A stretch of 59,540 bases of DNA, taken from positions 1 through 59,540 of IMG/VR virus record IMGVR_UViG_3300044974_000308. One strand, written 5' to 3'. The notes under the pieces were generated by a model, which did not search any database, had not been told where the DNA came from, and saw only the letters and a list, made by a program, of their open reading frames with translations. The number at the start of each line of letters is the position of its first letter. Position 1 is the first letter of the stretch. Shown in pieces: positions 35,027-43,487 of the stretch. This stretch comes from a virus. Lineage: Duplodnaviria; Caudoviricetes. A program made the translations under genes and the position numbers.

Positions 35027-35839
35027 TTATACGCCGCACATTCCGTCGCATTCCTGCTGGAAGCCAAAGTCTAACTGATTTTTGCTTTTTTCTTCTAAAT
35101 TAACTTCGTCCAGAGGAACAAGAGATCTGTGCAGATAAGGCGTGCCGACAAACTTGCTGTGCGCACTTACTGTTCGTATTGCTTTGTCTGCTCTAATTGC
35201 ATCCTGCCATGATTCTGGGTCTGTGTCGCGCATATGCCGCCATCCTGCATTATCGCGATATGGGCAGAAAGTGCAGGCGCTTTTTGGAGGCGTCGCGAAA
35301 TCTTTCTTTGCAATCCATTCAAGACAGTTGGTTCGGCTCATATTTTGCTCAATCAACGGCCAACGGTTCTTCTGCCATAAATCTCTTGCGTCTTTCATGC
35401 GCTGTATTTCGTCTGTCGAAATACCTACCCATACTTCTGCGGATCCGGCGGGAATGCGCTGTCGCGGACGATATCCAAGCAAGTCGCGTATCTTTCTGGC
35501 TATTGGGCGCAGCTTATATTGATAAGTGCATTGGCGTCGGGCCATAGCCTGCTCGCCATTTGTCTTTCTAATAAAGAAGGGGATAGAAGCATATTTCGTA
35601 TGTTCTGCTTCACCCATTACTTCGGCGCGCAAGTCGCCTTGACTTACCATATGAATCGGAAATGGCAGACGATCTGCTAAATAAGCAAGATGCTCATAGA
35701 CAGCTTTCGGTTCTGCGCCTGTATCGGCAAAAATAGCGCAATCCGGCATCGGCCCAATAAGACCTTCCGCAGCCATTAAAGCCATAGTGGACGACTGAAC
35801 GCCGGCGCCAAGAGAGATAATTCTAATTTTAGGCTCCAT
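35027..35839 (-). CDS. PAPS reductase/adenine nucleotide alpha-hydrolase family protein
   Basis: SLGAGVQS, FADTG.EP, RQCT..YK..PI, GIS.DE..R, KSAC.FCP, ECDGMC. Confidence 0.8.
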   Translation of the reverse strand: MEPKIRIISLGAGVQSSTMALMAAEGLIGPMPDCAIFADTGAEPKAVYEHLAYLADRLPFPIHMVSQGDLRAEVMGEAEHTKYASIPFFIRKTNGEQAMARRQCTYQYKLRPIARKIRDLLGYRPRQRIPAGSAEVWVGISTDEIQRMKDARDLWQKNRWPLIEQNMSRTNCLEWIAKKDFATPPKSACTFCPYRDNAGWRHMRDTDPESWQDAIRADKAIRTVSAHSKFVGTPYLHRSLVPLDEVNLEEKSKNQLDFGFQQECDGMCGV

Positions 35840-35842
35840 AAT

Positions 35843-36304
35843 TTACCCCTGCGTTTTTGCCCCATAGACAGCTAACAATGCCGCTTCCGCCCGGCCGTCA
35901 TCTTTCTTTCTGTTAAAGTGCTCGCTGCTGGGCCAAGTCAGTATCGCCAGCCGGCGAGACGTATCCTTGTCGGCAGTGAGGGCGAAGAACTTCTTCCACT
36001 TCGTTGGCGCCACCAGCTGCTGCGGAACGCCACATGCTGCAATAACGCCACGCGCCATGCCGTATGACATGCCAAAGTTAAAGCTGCTGCTGACGCCTTG
36101 CTTCGGCATAGCATGAACAGATTCGACCACTGCATAGTCTGGACGATATTGCCTTATGAGCGCCGTCAATTCTGCGCAGTTCACTTCCTTACCGATGGAC
36201 GGCATGTCATAGACCGCGACGTTGTCGGGATGTTCCGGGTAATAGAAAGCAATTGCTCCCGATATGCCGGGATCGACGCCCATAAAGCAAATGGCGTTAC
36301 TCAT
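35843..36304 (-). CDS. ruvC: RuvC-like Holliday junction resolvase
   Basis: GVDPG..GA, VE.V..MP.QGV.S.F.FG, P..WK, DGRAEA.L. Confidence 0.85.
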   Translation of the reverse strand: MSNAICFMGVDPGISGAIAFYYPEHPDNVAVYDMPSIGKEVNCAELTALIRQYRPDYAVVESVHAMPKQGVSSSFNFGMSYGMARGVIAACGVPQQLVAPTKWKKFFALTADKDTSRRLAILTWPSSEHFNRKKDDGRAEAALLAVYGAKTQG

Positions 36305-36929
36305 AGTCTGTTTCTTTCTCTAGTCTCTTGCGGCATGGGGGGATCCATAGCATTTCTGTGCCCTCGCCTATTCTATCGTGCATCCATACAAGCCAGCAAT
36401 AGCTGGTTGCCGTGCTTGCCTTGGGGTCATATCGACCTTTGACCATAGGAACGCGCTCTGAGAATTGAGCGACAAATGTTGGTGCGTTTTCATTAAACAA
36501 GCGATTGAAGCGTCCGACGCCTTCAAGAAAAGAAGTTCTTGTAAGCATCGCAACACCAAAACGACTTGTCTCTAGCGCCCGACAAATAAATTCTTCTGCT
36601 TTCTTAAACGGTGGGTTTGTTATTATCCAATCATGCGTAGGGAAAAGTATAGTTTCATCTAAGAAGTTAGAGACGCCATATCCGCATCCATAATCATTCA
36701 CATCAGAAGATGATACTTGAAGAAAATATTCTAAAAGAACTTTAGACATATATCCGCGATTACATGCTGGCTCAAGGCAAGTTTGCTGGCGAAATTTGTC
36801 CTTCCAGTAATTTGAAAAAACTTCTTCTATCAACGCGCGTGTCGCCCACGGCGGCGTCGGGAAGTCATCCAAACTATCTAATGGTTCTTTGCGCTGCGCC
36901 ATGACAGCGTGCGAAGTGTTCTGCGCCAT
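36297..36929 (-). CDS. Amino (N6-adenine-type) DNA methyltransferase
   Basis: DFPTP.W, LEPAC..G motif I, IITNPPF motif IV. Confidence 0.85.
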   Translation of the reverse strand: MAQNTSHAVMAQRKEPLDSLDDFPTPPWATRALIEEVFSNYWKDKFRQQTCLEPACNRGYMSKVLLEYFLQVSSSDVNDYGCGYGVSNFLDETILFPTHDWIITNPPFKKAEEFICRALETSRFGVAMLTRTSFLEGVGRFNRLFNENAPTFVAQFSERVPMVKGRYDPKASTATSYCWLVWMHDRIGEGTEMLWIPPCRKRLEKETDYE

Positions 36930-36930
36930 A

Positions 36931-37278
36931 TCAATTCCCTTCCATTAAACTAAAAATCTTATCGGCGTTTTCTGGATAATAATATCTGACATAATAGACA
37001 ACTAATCTGTGAACAGAACGTAGTCGGCTATGTATCATTGACGCAGATACTCCCGCCTCATCCGCGGCTTCTTTTATCGTCATTCCGGCAAATAGCTTTT
37101 TGAATAAAAGTTCATAATGGCATAGATGCCAATATAAGCCAGCAGACCTTATTTTATTGATTTGCGTGTTTCTTTTCCTATCAATGTTTATCTTTTTATC
37201 AAAAGCGGCCTCAGTTTGCTTGCGTTCTAAAAGTTTTTGCAAAAGCCTTTCGGCTGACATTTTTCCTTTGTTATCCAT
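36931..37278 (-). CDS. HTH-containing protein
   Basis: GMTIKEAADEAGVS; GGAGATAGAT-ATG leader. Confidence 0.55.
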   Translation of the reverse strand: MDNKGKMSAERLLQKLLERKQTEAAFDKKINIDRKRNTQINKIRSAGLYWHLCHYELLFKKLFAGMTIKEAADEAGVSASMIHSRLRSVHRLVVYYVRYYYPENADKIFSLMEGN

Positions 37279-37366
37279 ATCTATCTCCATATCAATAAGT
37301 CTCAGCCGACCCGCTTCTTACGGCAAAGGAGCCATCGACCGGGAGGCGCGGGCCGACTGAGAATTA

Positions 37367-37445
37367 GACCGTAAGCGCGAGTCGCATTTTTTGTCAATGT
37401 GGATATCCGGGAGGCTTGACGGCTGTTTTCGGCTCCGCTACGGTC
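37367..37445. promoter_or_regulatory. Back-to-back promoters of the replication module
   Basis: Plus: TTGACG-N17-TACGGT (37416-37444); minus: TTGACA-N18-TACGGT (37397-37368). Confidence 0.55.
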
Positions 37446-37472
37446 GGCCATCGAATCGACATTGAGGCTACA

Positions 37473-38225
37473 TTGACGAACTGTTTTGAGCGCCACGGGA
37501 TCGCGCATTTATCCCCGTCATCCATAAATACCTACGCCGCCAGCCCGGCTGCTTTTGTTATCGATAAGATACTGAAGCGTAAAGGCGAAGTTGGCCCGGC
37601 AGCGCACCGTGGAACCGCGACAGAATCAGGCGTCGTTTTAGGGTTAACGACAGATGCGACCACAGAAGAATGCATCAAGCATGCAGACCAAGAGTTCTGG
37701 CGCCTTACGGCCATGTCCAGCGACCCGCGTCGAGAAAAAGAGCGTGCGGCTGTTGGTGAAATGGTTAAGGTGGGCCTCGCGGAACTTAAACCGTATGGCA
37801 GACCAACTTCAACGCAGGGAAAGATCGAATATAGAGTCGAGGGCTTGCTCGTCCCGCTCATCGGTTTCTATGACGTTGAATGGGCAAACCACAAAATTCT
37901 AATCGATCTGAAAACGACACATGCGCTTCCATCTCAAATCAAGATTACTCATGCACGTCAAGTCGCGCTTTATGTTGCAGCTAAAGGCGGAGATGTTGAC
38001 GCCCGGCTTACATATGTCACGCCAAAGAAGTGCGCGACATATCGGCTTGAGAACGTGCAAGAGCATGTGAGAGCGCTAGAGAACATCGCCATGACGATCC
38101 AGCGCTTTCTGTCTATCAGTGAAGACCCGCAGGAACTTGCGTCGATTGTTGTGCCGGATCTCGAAAGCTTCTATTTCAATGACCCGGCGATGCGTCAGGC
38201 TGCTTATGAGGTTTGGAAAATATGA
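37473..38225 (+). CDS. PD-(D/E)XK exonuclease (Cas4/RecB-like; likely TTG start)
   Basis: HLSPSS, RGT..E, IG.YD, IDLKT, RQ.A.Y motifs. Confidence 0.8.
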   Translation: MTNCFERHGIAHLSPSSINTYAASPAAFVIDKILKRKGEVGPAAHRGTATESGVVLGLTTDATTEECIKHADQEFWRLTAMSSDPRREKERAAVGEMVKVGLAELKPYGRPTSTQGKIEYRVEGLLVPLIGFYDVEWANHKILIDLKTTHALPSQIKITHARQVALYVAAKGGDVDARLTYVTPKKCATYRLENVQEHVRALENIAMTIQRFLSISEDPQELASIVVPDLESFYFNDPAMRQAAYEVWKI

Positions 38226-38446
38226 CACAAGATGAAATGCACGATATCGGCTTTATCACGCTGACGCTGCATCACAGTCAAGCGCCAGCGCATATACGCT
38301 GCAAGAATATTGCGTCGTTCTATCGCAAGGACGATCTGAAATATACGTCAGTGTATATGATGGGAAATCACGATTACTTCATGGTGTCTGAGACGCCAGA
38401 AGAAGTCGCGCAGCAGATCCGGGAGATATATCCAGATCTGCGTTAA
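38222..38446 (+). CDS. Hypothetical protein
   Basis: ATGA overlap; V.ETPEEV motif. Confidence 0.55.
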   Translation: MTQDEMHDIGFITLTLHHSQAPAHIRCKNIASFYRKDDLKYTSVYMMGNHDYFMVSETPEEVAQQIREIYPDLR

Positions 38447-38514
38447 GCTTCGCCCAATAGCGGGCAAGAGCAAGCAGCGGGCTAGATCGTTGCATTTTGT
38501 GAAAGGCTAAAACA

Positions 38515-39177
38515 ATGGCTGGTTTTGATGGCATGTTCGACAATGTCGGCGCTGGTGGCGGCGGGGACTTCCTGCCAATCGTGAAATACGACGCTCGTGC
38601 AGGACGTATTTCACGCGTTGACCGTGAGAACGGCGAAAGCATCCCGACCGACATCACGAATAACTTTAAGGCCGTTTTTGATTTCGAGAACGTCGAGGTC
38701 GGCTTTATTAAGTTTGCCGCTGGTATGGCGCCGGACTTCCGCATGTCGCGTTTCTATGACCGCAAGCCGGTTCCAGATCCGAAGGGCGATTACAAGCCCG
38801 GCGTGCGTTTCGTAATCAAGCTTGCGAAAGAATGCGGCGGAGACATCCGCGAGATCGCTTCTAACGCCGGCGCGTTTCTTGATGCGGCGAAGAAGCTGCA
38901 TGTTGAGTATGAGGCTGGCGTCAAGGAGAACGCGGGCAAGCTGCCTGTGATCGCTCTTGATGGCGTCAACGCCAAGACTTCTGGGGAAGGGCAGAAGAAG
39001 TCGACGAACTACGTTCCCGTCTTCAAGATCGTCTCGTGGGTCAAGCGTCCTGATGATCTTGTTTATGTGGCGCGTGGTTCGTCGGTTGCTTCCTCTCAAG
39101 AAGAGACGTCCTCCCCGCCGTCGACTGGATCGACCAAGGTCGCCGCTCCTGCAGGCGGTGACGATGATTTTGGTTAA
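38515..39177 (+). CDS. ssb: Single-stranded DNA-binding protein
   Basis: KYDARAG, D.EN...G, NY.P.F.I..WV.RP; acidic-aromatic tail DDDFG; next to the exonuclease. Confidence 0.7.
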   Translation: MAGFDGMFDNVGAGGGGDFLPIVKYDARAGRISRVDRENGESIPTDITNNFKAVFDFENVEVGFIKFAAGMAPDFRMSRFYDRKPVPDPKGDYKPGVRFVIKLAKECGGDIREIASNAGAFLDAAKKLHVEYEAGVKENAGKLPVIALDGVNAKTSGEGQKKSTNYVPVFKIVSWVKRPDDLVYVARGSSVASSQEETSSPPSTGSTKVAAPAGGDDDFG

Positions 39178-39311
39178 TCTGTGAGATAGGGGATGGGCGA
39201 GCGCGTCTTGCCTGTCCCCGACAAGCTGAAGAGACGACGGTATCATTAACTATGGTATTGTCTTGGTCGACCGACAACGTCGTCTCTTCTCTTTAATTAT
39301 AAGGAATAGAC

Positions 39312-39572
39312 ATGCGTTTTCTCATCACGATGAACATGCCAAGCTACTCAAACAATCTTGTTCATCAGATGACTGTTGAGCACGACTCGAAAAGTCTGGA
39401 AGCATTTCTGGAGGCGCTGTCGTCTAATGAGTTTATTATTGTTGAAGAGTTCTACAAAGATCCTCGCGCTAATGCTGACTATTATAGCCGCGGCCATGTT
39501 GCGCTGAACTATAGATACATCGGCAAGGTGAAGGTTCTGACGAATAGGAACGCCTATGAGCAACACAGCTAA
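39312..39572 (+). CDS. Conserved hypothetical protein
   Basis: MRF.ITMNMPS...IGKVK; RBS AAGGA. Confidence 0.6.
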   Translation: MRFLITMNMPSYSNNLVHQMTVEHDSKSLEAFLEALSSNEFIIVEEFYKDPRANADYYSRGHVALNYRYIGKVKVLTNRNAYEQHS

Positions 39573-39828
39573 AGAGACGCTGCAGAAGGCGCAGGAACTT
39601 CTGGATAGCCGCGGCAAAATATATGGGCCGCCGGAGTTGAACTTTGAGCGAATCGCCCGTATTGCTGAAGTTATTCTGGCTCGCCCGGTGACAAGATACG
39701 AAGTAGCCGTTTTCCTCTTTGCGACCAAGATCGGCCGCATCCCAGAGGATCCCTGCTATTCGGATAGCTATGACGACGCCATAAACTACGCTGCTTTCAT
39801 GAAGCAGTTCAGGGAGGAAGTAGGATGA
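39556..39828 (+). CDS. DUF6378-like protein
   Basis: R...YG....NFERIA...K..R.....DS..D..NY. Confidence 0.7.
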   Translation: MSNTAKETLQKAQELLDSRGKIYGPPELNFERIARIAEVILARPVTRYEVAVFLFATKIGRIPEDPCYSDSYDDAINYAAFMKQFREEVG

Positions 39829-40022
39829 TTGAAATCGCGACGATTGTGTTTCTCCTCACAATCGCAAGCGTGGCGTCAATTATAGCGTTATTGGTCTATA
39901 TCGACATGCGAAAGGAGCGCATCGTAAGAAACGGAAATCGAAATTTTGGATTTGGCGATACGCCTAAATTGAAATCAGAAAGGAACATCGAAGATGACAA
40001 ACATCATGGCAGCAACAATTAA
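39825..40022 (+). CDS. Small membrane protein
   Basis: N-terminal hydrophobic helix; ATGA overlap. Confidence 0.5.
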   Translation: MIEIATIVFLLTIASVASIIALLVYIDMRKERIVRNGNRNFGFGDTPKLKSERNIEDDKHHGSNN

Positions 40023-40380
40023 CGAGCATTCTATCATGTCTTCCGACGCGCTGGATCATCGCGCGCGTTCAATCTCCACCAATGCCATTCGGGAAATGCG
40101 TGTCGCGCACAGCCGCGATGCGGGCCAGTGGACGGACGCCGATAGTCGGCTGCAGAACGCCATCTATCTCGTCCTGAAGCGCATGGATCATATTGAGGCG
40201 ATGGAGACTGGCGCCGAAGCTTACCCGCTTGTCTCGTCAAAGCAGTCGATTCCCAGCGCGGCTATTTCGGCTGTCGAAAAGGCTCTGACGCAGATCGGCG
40301 AGATGGAAGACGAAGAAGTATCGAACGTCTCGCCCATCAAGGCGAAGATGCCGACGCAATCTCCAAAAACAGAAAAATAA
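39994..40380 (+). CDS. Hypothetical protein
   Basis: RBS AAGGA. Confidence 0.55.
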   Translation: MTNIMAATINEHSIMSSDALDHRARSISTNAIREMRVAHSRDAGQWTDADSRLQNAIYLVLKRMDHIEAMETGAEAYPLVSSKQSIPSAAISAVEKALTQIGEMEDEEVSNVSPIKAKMPTQSPKTEK

Positions 40381-40435
40381 GATATAATTTGCGCCCTGTC
40401 CCTCAAGACGGGGCGCAGATCTTTCGGGGCGGGAA

Positions 40436-40642
40436 ATGGCTGATCAGGTATTCTGCTATGTGCCACACAGCCGGCAAAAGCAGTTCGAAGAACTAGGCTG
40501 GGAGTTCGAGACAGACCTTGGATATCCACATGCTTGCTACGCCAGCATGTATAAATGGAAGGGCGCAGGGGAGCCCATATATCCAAAGGAAGAAATTACC
40601 GTTTATAGAAATATAGAAAATCAGGAAGGCGACCGTGACTGA
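40436..40642 (+). CDS. Hypothetical protein
   Basis: YVPH......LGW motif; overlaps next gene. Confidence 0.55.
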   Translation: MADQVFCYVPHSRQKQFEELGWEFETDLGYPHACYASMYKWKGAGEPIYPKEEITVYRNIENQEGDRD

Positions 40643-41255
40643 ACGCATTATTAGGCCGCAGCAGCGCAATCCTTCGTGGGGTCTTTATCACGACCATGTA
40701 GAAGATTTTGCCTATTGGGATGGCGCATTTACGCCTGAAGAATGCGAGCAGGTGACGCAACTTGCTAAGGAATATACGCCAAATTTAGGCACGATATTGT
40801 CGGATAAGGATGGCTTTACGGGAGACAAATCGATTCGCGACTGCGGCGTCGCGTTTTTGTCGCCAGATCACATGGAATGGTTTTATCAAAAACTCTCCTA
40901 CTATATCCATGAATTAAACAACAGATATTTCAGGTTTGACCTATTTGGTCTGTCAGAAAATCTTCAGTTTACGCAATATGTCGCGCCAACTGGCAAGTAT
41001 GATTCGCATATTGATAAGGCTTTTGGCGCCCAGATACGCAAACTTTCTATCGTCGTTCAAATGTCGAAGTCAGAAGACTACGAAGGCGGCGACCTGCAGA
41101 TCCTGACGTCAGGCGAAGAGAAGCCAAGAAACGTAAAGCGCGATTTGGGAACGCTCGTCGCTTTTCCAAGTTATACTCTGCATAGGGTAACGCCAGTGAC
41201 GAAGGGTGTCAGAAACAGCCTCGTCGGCTGGGTGACAGGGGCGCCATTTAAGTAG
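40635..41255 (+). CDS. 2OG-Fe(II) oxygenase (prolyl-4-hydroxylase/PKHD-like)
   Basis: Y..H.D, RKLS, YEGG.L, FPS...H.V.PV..G.R.SLV.W. Confidence 0.9.
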   Translation: MTERIIRPQQRNPSWGLYHDHVEDFAYWDGAFTPEECEQVTQLAKEYTPNLGTILSDKDGFTGDKSIRDCGVAFLSPDHMEWFYQKLSYYIHELNNRYFRFDLFGLSENLQFTQYVAPTGKYDSHIDKAFGAQIRKLSIVVQMSKSEDYEGGDLQILTSGEEKPRNVKRDLGTLVAFPSYTLHRVTPVTKGVRNSLVGWVTGAPFK

Positions 41256-41264
41256 GAGGCGCGT

Positions 41265-41513
41265 ATGAAATATTTGTCTGATAAAGCCGTCACAGCGGCT
41301 CAAGAAGAATATGATGACGCGCTCAAGCATGGCGTCGCAGAATGGTTCGCCATGAAACTGGCGCTTGAGCGGGCTTTGGAAATTGATGCGCCGAAGGCGA
41401 AGAAAAAAGAACCGATGTCTCAGGAAGAAGTCGGCGAAATGATCGTATGGTTTTCTATTGCCGCCGGCCTGATTGCTGTATTTGGCATGATCATGAAGAG
41501 GATGAGCGTATGA
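41265..41513 (+). CDS. Hypothetical membrane protein
   Basis: RBS AGGAGG; C-terminal hydrophobic helix. Confidence 0.55.
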   Translation: MKYLSDKAVTAAQEEYDDALKHGVAEWFAMKLALERALEIDAPKAKKKEPMSQEEVGEMIVWFSIAAGLIAVFGMIMKRMSV

Positions 41514-41671
41514 AGAAAATATTGATTATAGCCGCGCCCCTCATGCTTATTGGCTGCAGCGCAGACAAATGGGAAGGCGGCGGGTTTTATAATAGCGGAA
41601 AGAAGGCCAAGCCTGCGACCTGCGAGCAGATCGACCCGCTTCATATCAAATGCTACACGATTAGAAAATAA
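41510..41671 (+). CDS. Small lipoprotein
   Basis: MKKILIIAAPLMLIG-C signal peptide with lipobox. Confidence 0.6.
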   Translation: MKKILIIAAPLMLIGCSADKWEGGGFYNSGKKAKPATCEQIDPLHIKCYTIRK

Positions 41672-41694
41672 TTATATATCCGGGAAAGATTGAT

Positions 41695-41901
41695 ATGTAT
41701 AAGCCAAAGCTGCCAGAACGCGAGAAAGGCATTTCGATCATGCGTCTTGGCCTATTTACCTGCCGATTCATAATATCTGAAGAAGATAAGCCCGTCAGAT
41801 ATTGCGGAGAAAGAACGTCTCAGGGATCATATTGCAAAGACCATTACGCGCTTTGCTATATCCGGCCAAAGAAGACTTGGTCGGATAATCAAGACCACTG
41901 A
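41695..41901 (+). CDS. gcrA: GcrA C-terminal-domain-like protein
   Basis: I..L...TCRF.I.......YCG......SYC..H...Y; no N-terminal HTH. Confidence 0.7.
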   Translation: MYKPKLPEREKGISIMRLGLFTCRFIISEEDKPVRYCGERTSQGSYCKDHYALCYIRPKKTWSDNQDH

Positions 41902-42683
41902 ATAAAGACACTTCCGTTGCCGCCAGAACCGCCGCCGCCGGGAGAGTTAATAATGAACCCCGGAAACCAAGGCCAAGGCGAAATACCTTCAGCGCCAGCG
42001 CCGCCGGGGCCGCCGCCGCCAGCCGTAACCGTCACAGTCGACCCAACCGGAGGGCCATAAGGAGGCGGATTTCCGGGAACAGGATTGTAAAGGGTCAAGA
42101 CAGACCTGCCGCCAGCGCCGCCCGGCTGGCCGGCATTATATCCGGTGAACGCAGAAGGGCCGCCAGTTCCTCCGGGCGGGTTGCCGTCAGATCCGGCGCC
42201 TGATGCCGCAGGGCCGCTAGGTGCGCCGTTATAAGCGCCTCCAGACCCTCCAAAAGCAGGAGAACCATAAGAGCCTCCTGCAAAAGAACTTGTGTTCCCC
42301 GGAGTTCCGTTGGTTCCTGATTTATTATTTCCGTCCCCTCCACCGCCGCCGCCGCCGCCAGCGCGAAGCGTAATTGTCATGATGCTATATAGGGGAACGG
42401 TGAAAGGAGCCGAAGAAGAACCTCCAGTAGGAGCCGAAAGGCTATAGCTGCCGCCCGTCACAGGACTGATTGGCCCCTTGCCATAGAAGTCGCCGGGCAT
42501 GGTCACAGGCGCAGAGAACGTCCCCGTCGATGCATCGGCTTTATACCAACGCACGCCGACATAGGCCAAAAGATTATTGCCTGTTGCAGGAACGCCGTTA
42601 GCAGGCCCAAAGATGTTATTGATAGCGCGCGAATCGCCGCCATTAATGTTGATAGAACCGCTGGCCGGAAGATATGTCGGCAT
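41889..42683 (-). CDS. Glycine-rich fibre-tip adhesin
   Basis: LP.SG.I N-terminus; polyglycine runs; ends G.V.I.W; follows S74 fibre. Confidence 0.65.
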   Translation of the reverse strand: MPTYLPASGSININGGDSRAINNIFGPANGVPATGNNLLAYVGVRWYKADASTGTFSAPVTMPGDFYGKGPISPVTGGSYSLSAPTGGSSSAPFTVPLYSIMTITLRAGGGGGGGGDGNNKSGTNGTPGNTSSFAGGSYGSPAFGGSGGAYNGAPSGPAASGAGSDGNPPGGTGGPSAFTGYNAGQPGGAGGRSVLTLYNPVPGNPPPYGPPVGSTVTVTAGGGGPGGAGAEGISPWPWFPGFIINSPGGGGSGGNGSVFIQWS

Positions 42684-42684
42684 A

Positions 42685-43479
42685 TTAGCCCTCTAGCTTA
42701 CGAACACGATCTTCAAGTTCCTTGATGGCGTTAATCAGAACGCCGACAAGATTGCCATAGGCGACATGCAGCATGCCATCGTCGCTTTCAATCACAGCTT
42801 CAGGAACGACTTTCTGCACTTCCTGAGAGATAACGCCGACCTGAGTCTCGCCAATATCTGTTCTGCGGTAGCGCACGCCGCGCATGGCGAGAACCTTATC
42901 AAGCGCGCCTTCAATCGTCTCAATATCTTCCTTGACGCGCTCGTCGGAAAGAGCCGTGACGTTGGCGTTTGCCTGAAAAGATCCAGTCGAAAAGACGCTG
43001 CCACCTGAAACTTGCAACTGCCCGGATCCGACGTTCAGACCATTTGACGGAAGCGCCAAGCTGCCGGTCATCGTGTCGCCGGTGCGCAAAACATAGTTGT
43101 TCGGCGCTTCATATACGTTCGATCCGTCAGGGCTAAACACAAGACCTGTCTTACCGGCAAGAATTGACGCAACAGCGCCAGAGTAAAGAGCGGCATAAAC
43201 ATTAAGGGTATAGGAACTGTTGTTATAGATTACCCAAGTTCCGACAGTGCCTGTGCCAATCGCCAGATTCCTAGCCGCTGTAAGGCCGGTGACGACGACC
43301 ATCGCATTTTGGGCCTGCGACGCGCTTAATGTCGTATCGCCAGCCGCCATATTCAGGTTTACGTTGCCGCCAAGAGCATTGTCCAAAATGCCAAAGTTAT
43401 TGTTTAGCGTCGTGCCCCAGCCGCCGGCGCCGCCAGCAGCGCCAATCGCGGGTTGAGAAAGTCCTGTCTTGGCGGTCAT
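42685..43479 (-). CDS. Tail fibre with C-terminal S74 autocleaving chaperone
   Basis: WG..LN.N; SDERVKEDI...GVISQEV..V.PEAV...V.YGNLVG.LI.AIKEL. Confidence 0.85.
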   Translation of the reverse strand: MTAKTGLSQPAIGAAGGAGGWGTTLNNNFGILDNALGGNVNLNMAAGDTTLSASQAQNAMVVVTGLTAARNLAIGTGTVGTWVIYNNSSYTLNVYAALYSGAVASILAGKTGLVFSPDGSNVYEAPNNYVLRTGDTMTGSLALPSNGLNVGSGQLQVSGGSVFSTGSFQANANVTALSDERVKEDIETIEGALDKVLAMRGVRYRRTDIGETQVGVISQEVQKVVPEAVIESDDGMLHVAYGNLVGVLINAIKELEDRVRKLEG

Positions 43480-43487
43480 CGATTACC

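Noticed and set aside
37301-37361. HDV-like ribozyme
   Set aside because: The GCC-UCCC...GGC element resembles P3/L3, but no P1 partner, P1.1 or catalytic-strand consensus was found
37473-38225. CRISPR-associated Cas4
   Set aside because: Solo PD-(D/E)XK nuclease beside ssb with no array; a routine phage recombination exonuclease
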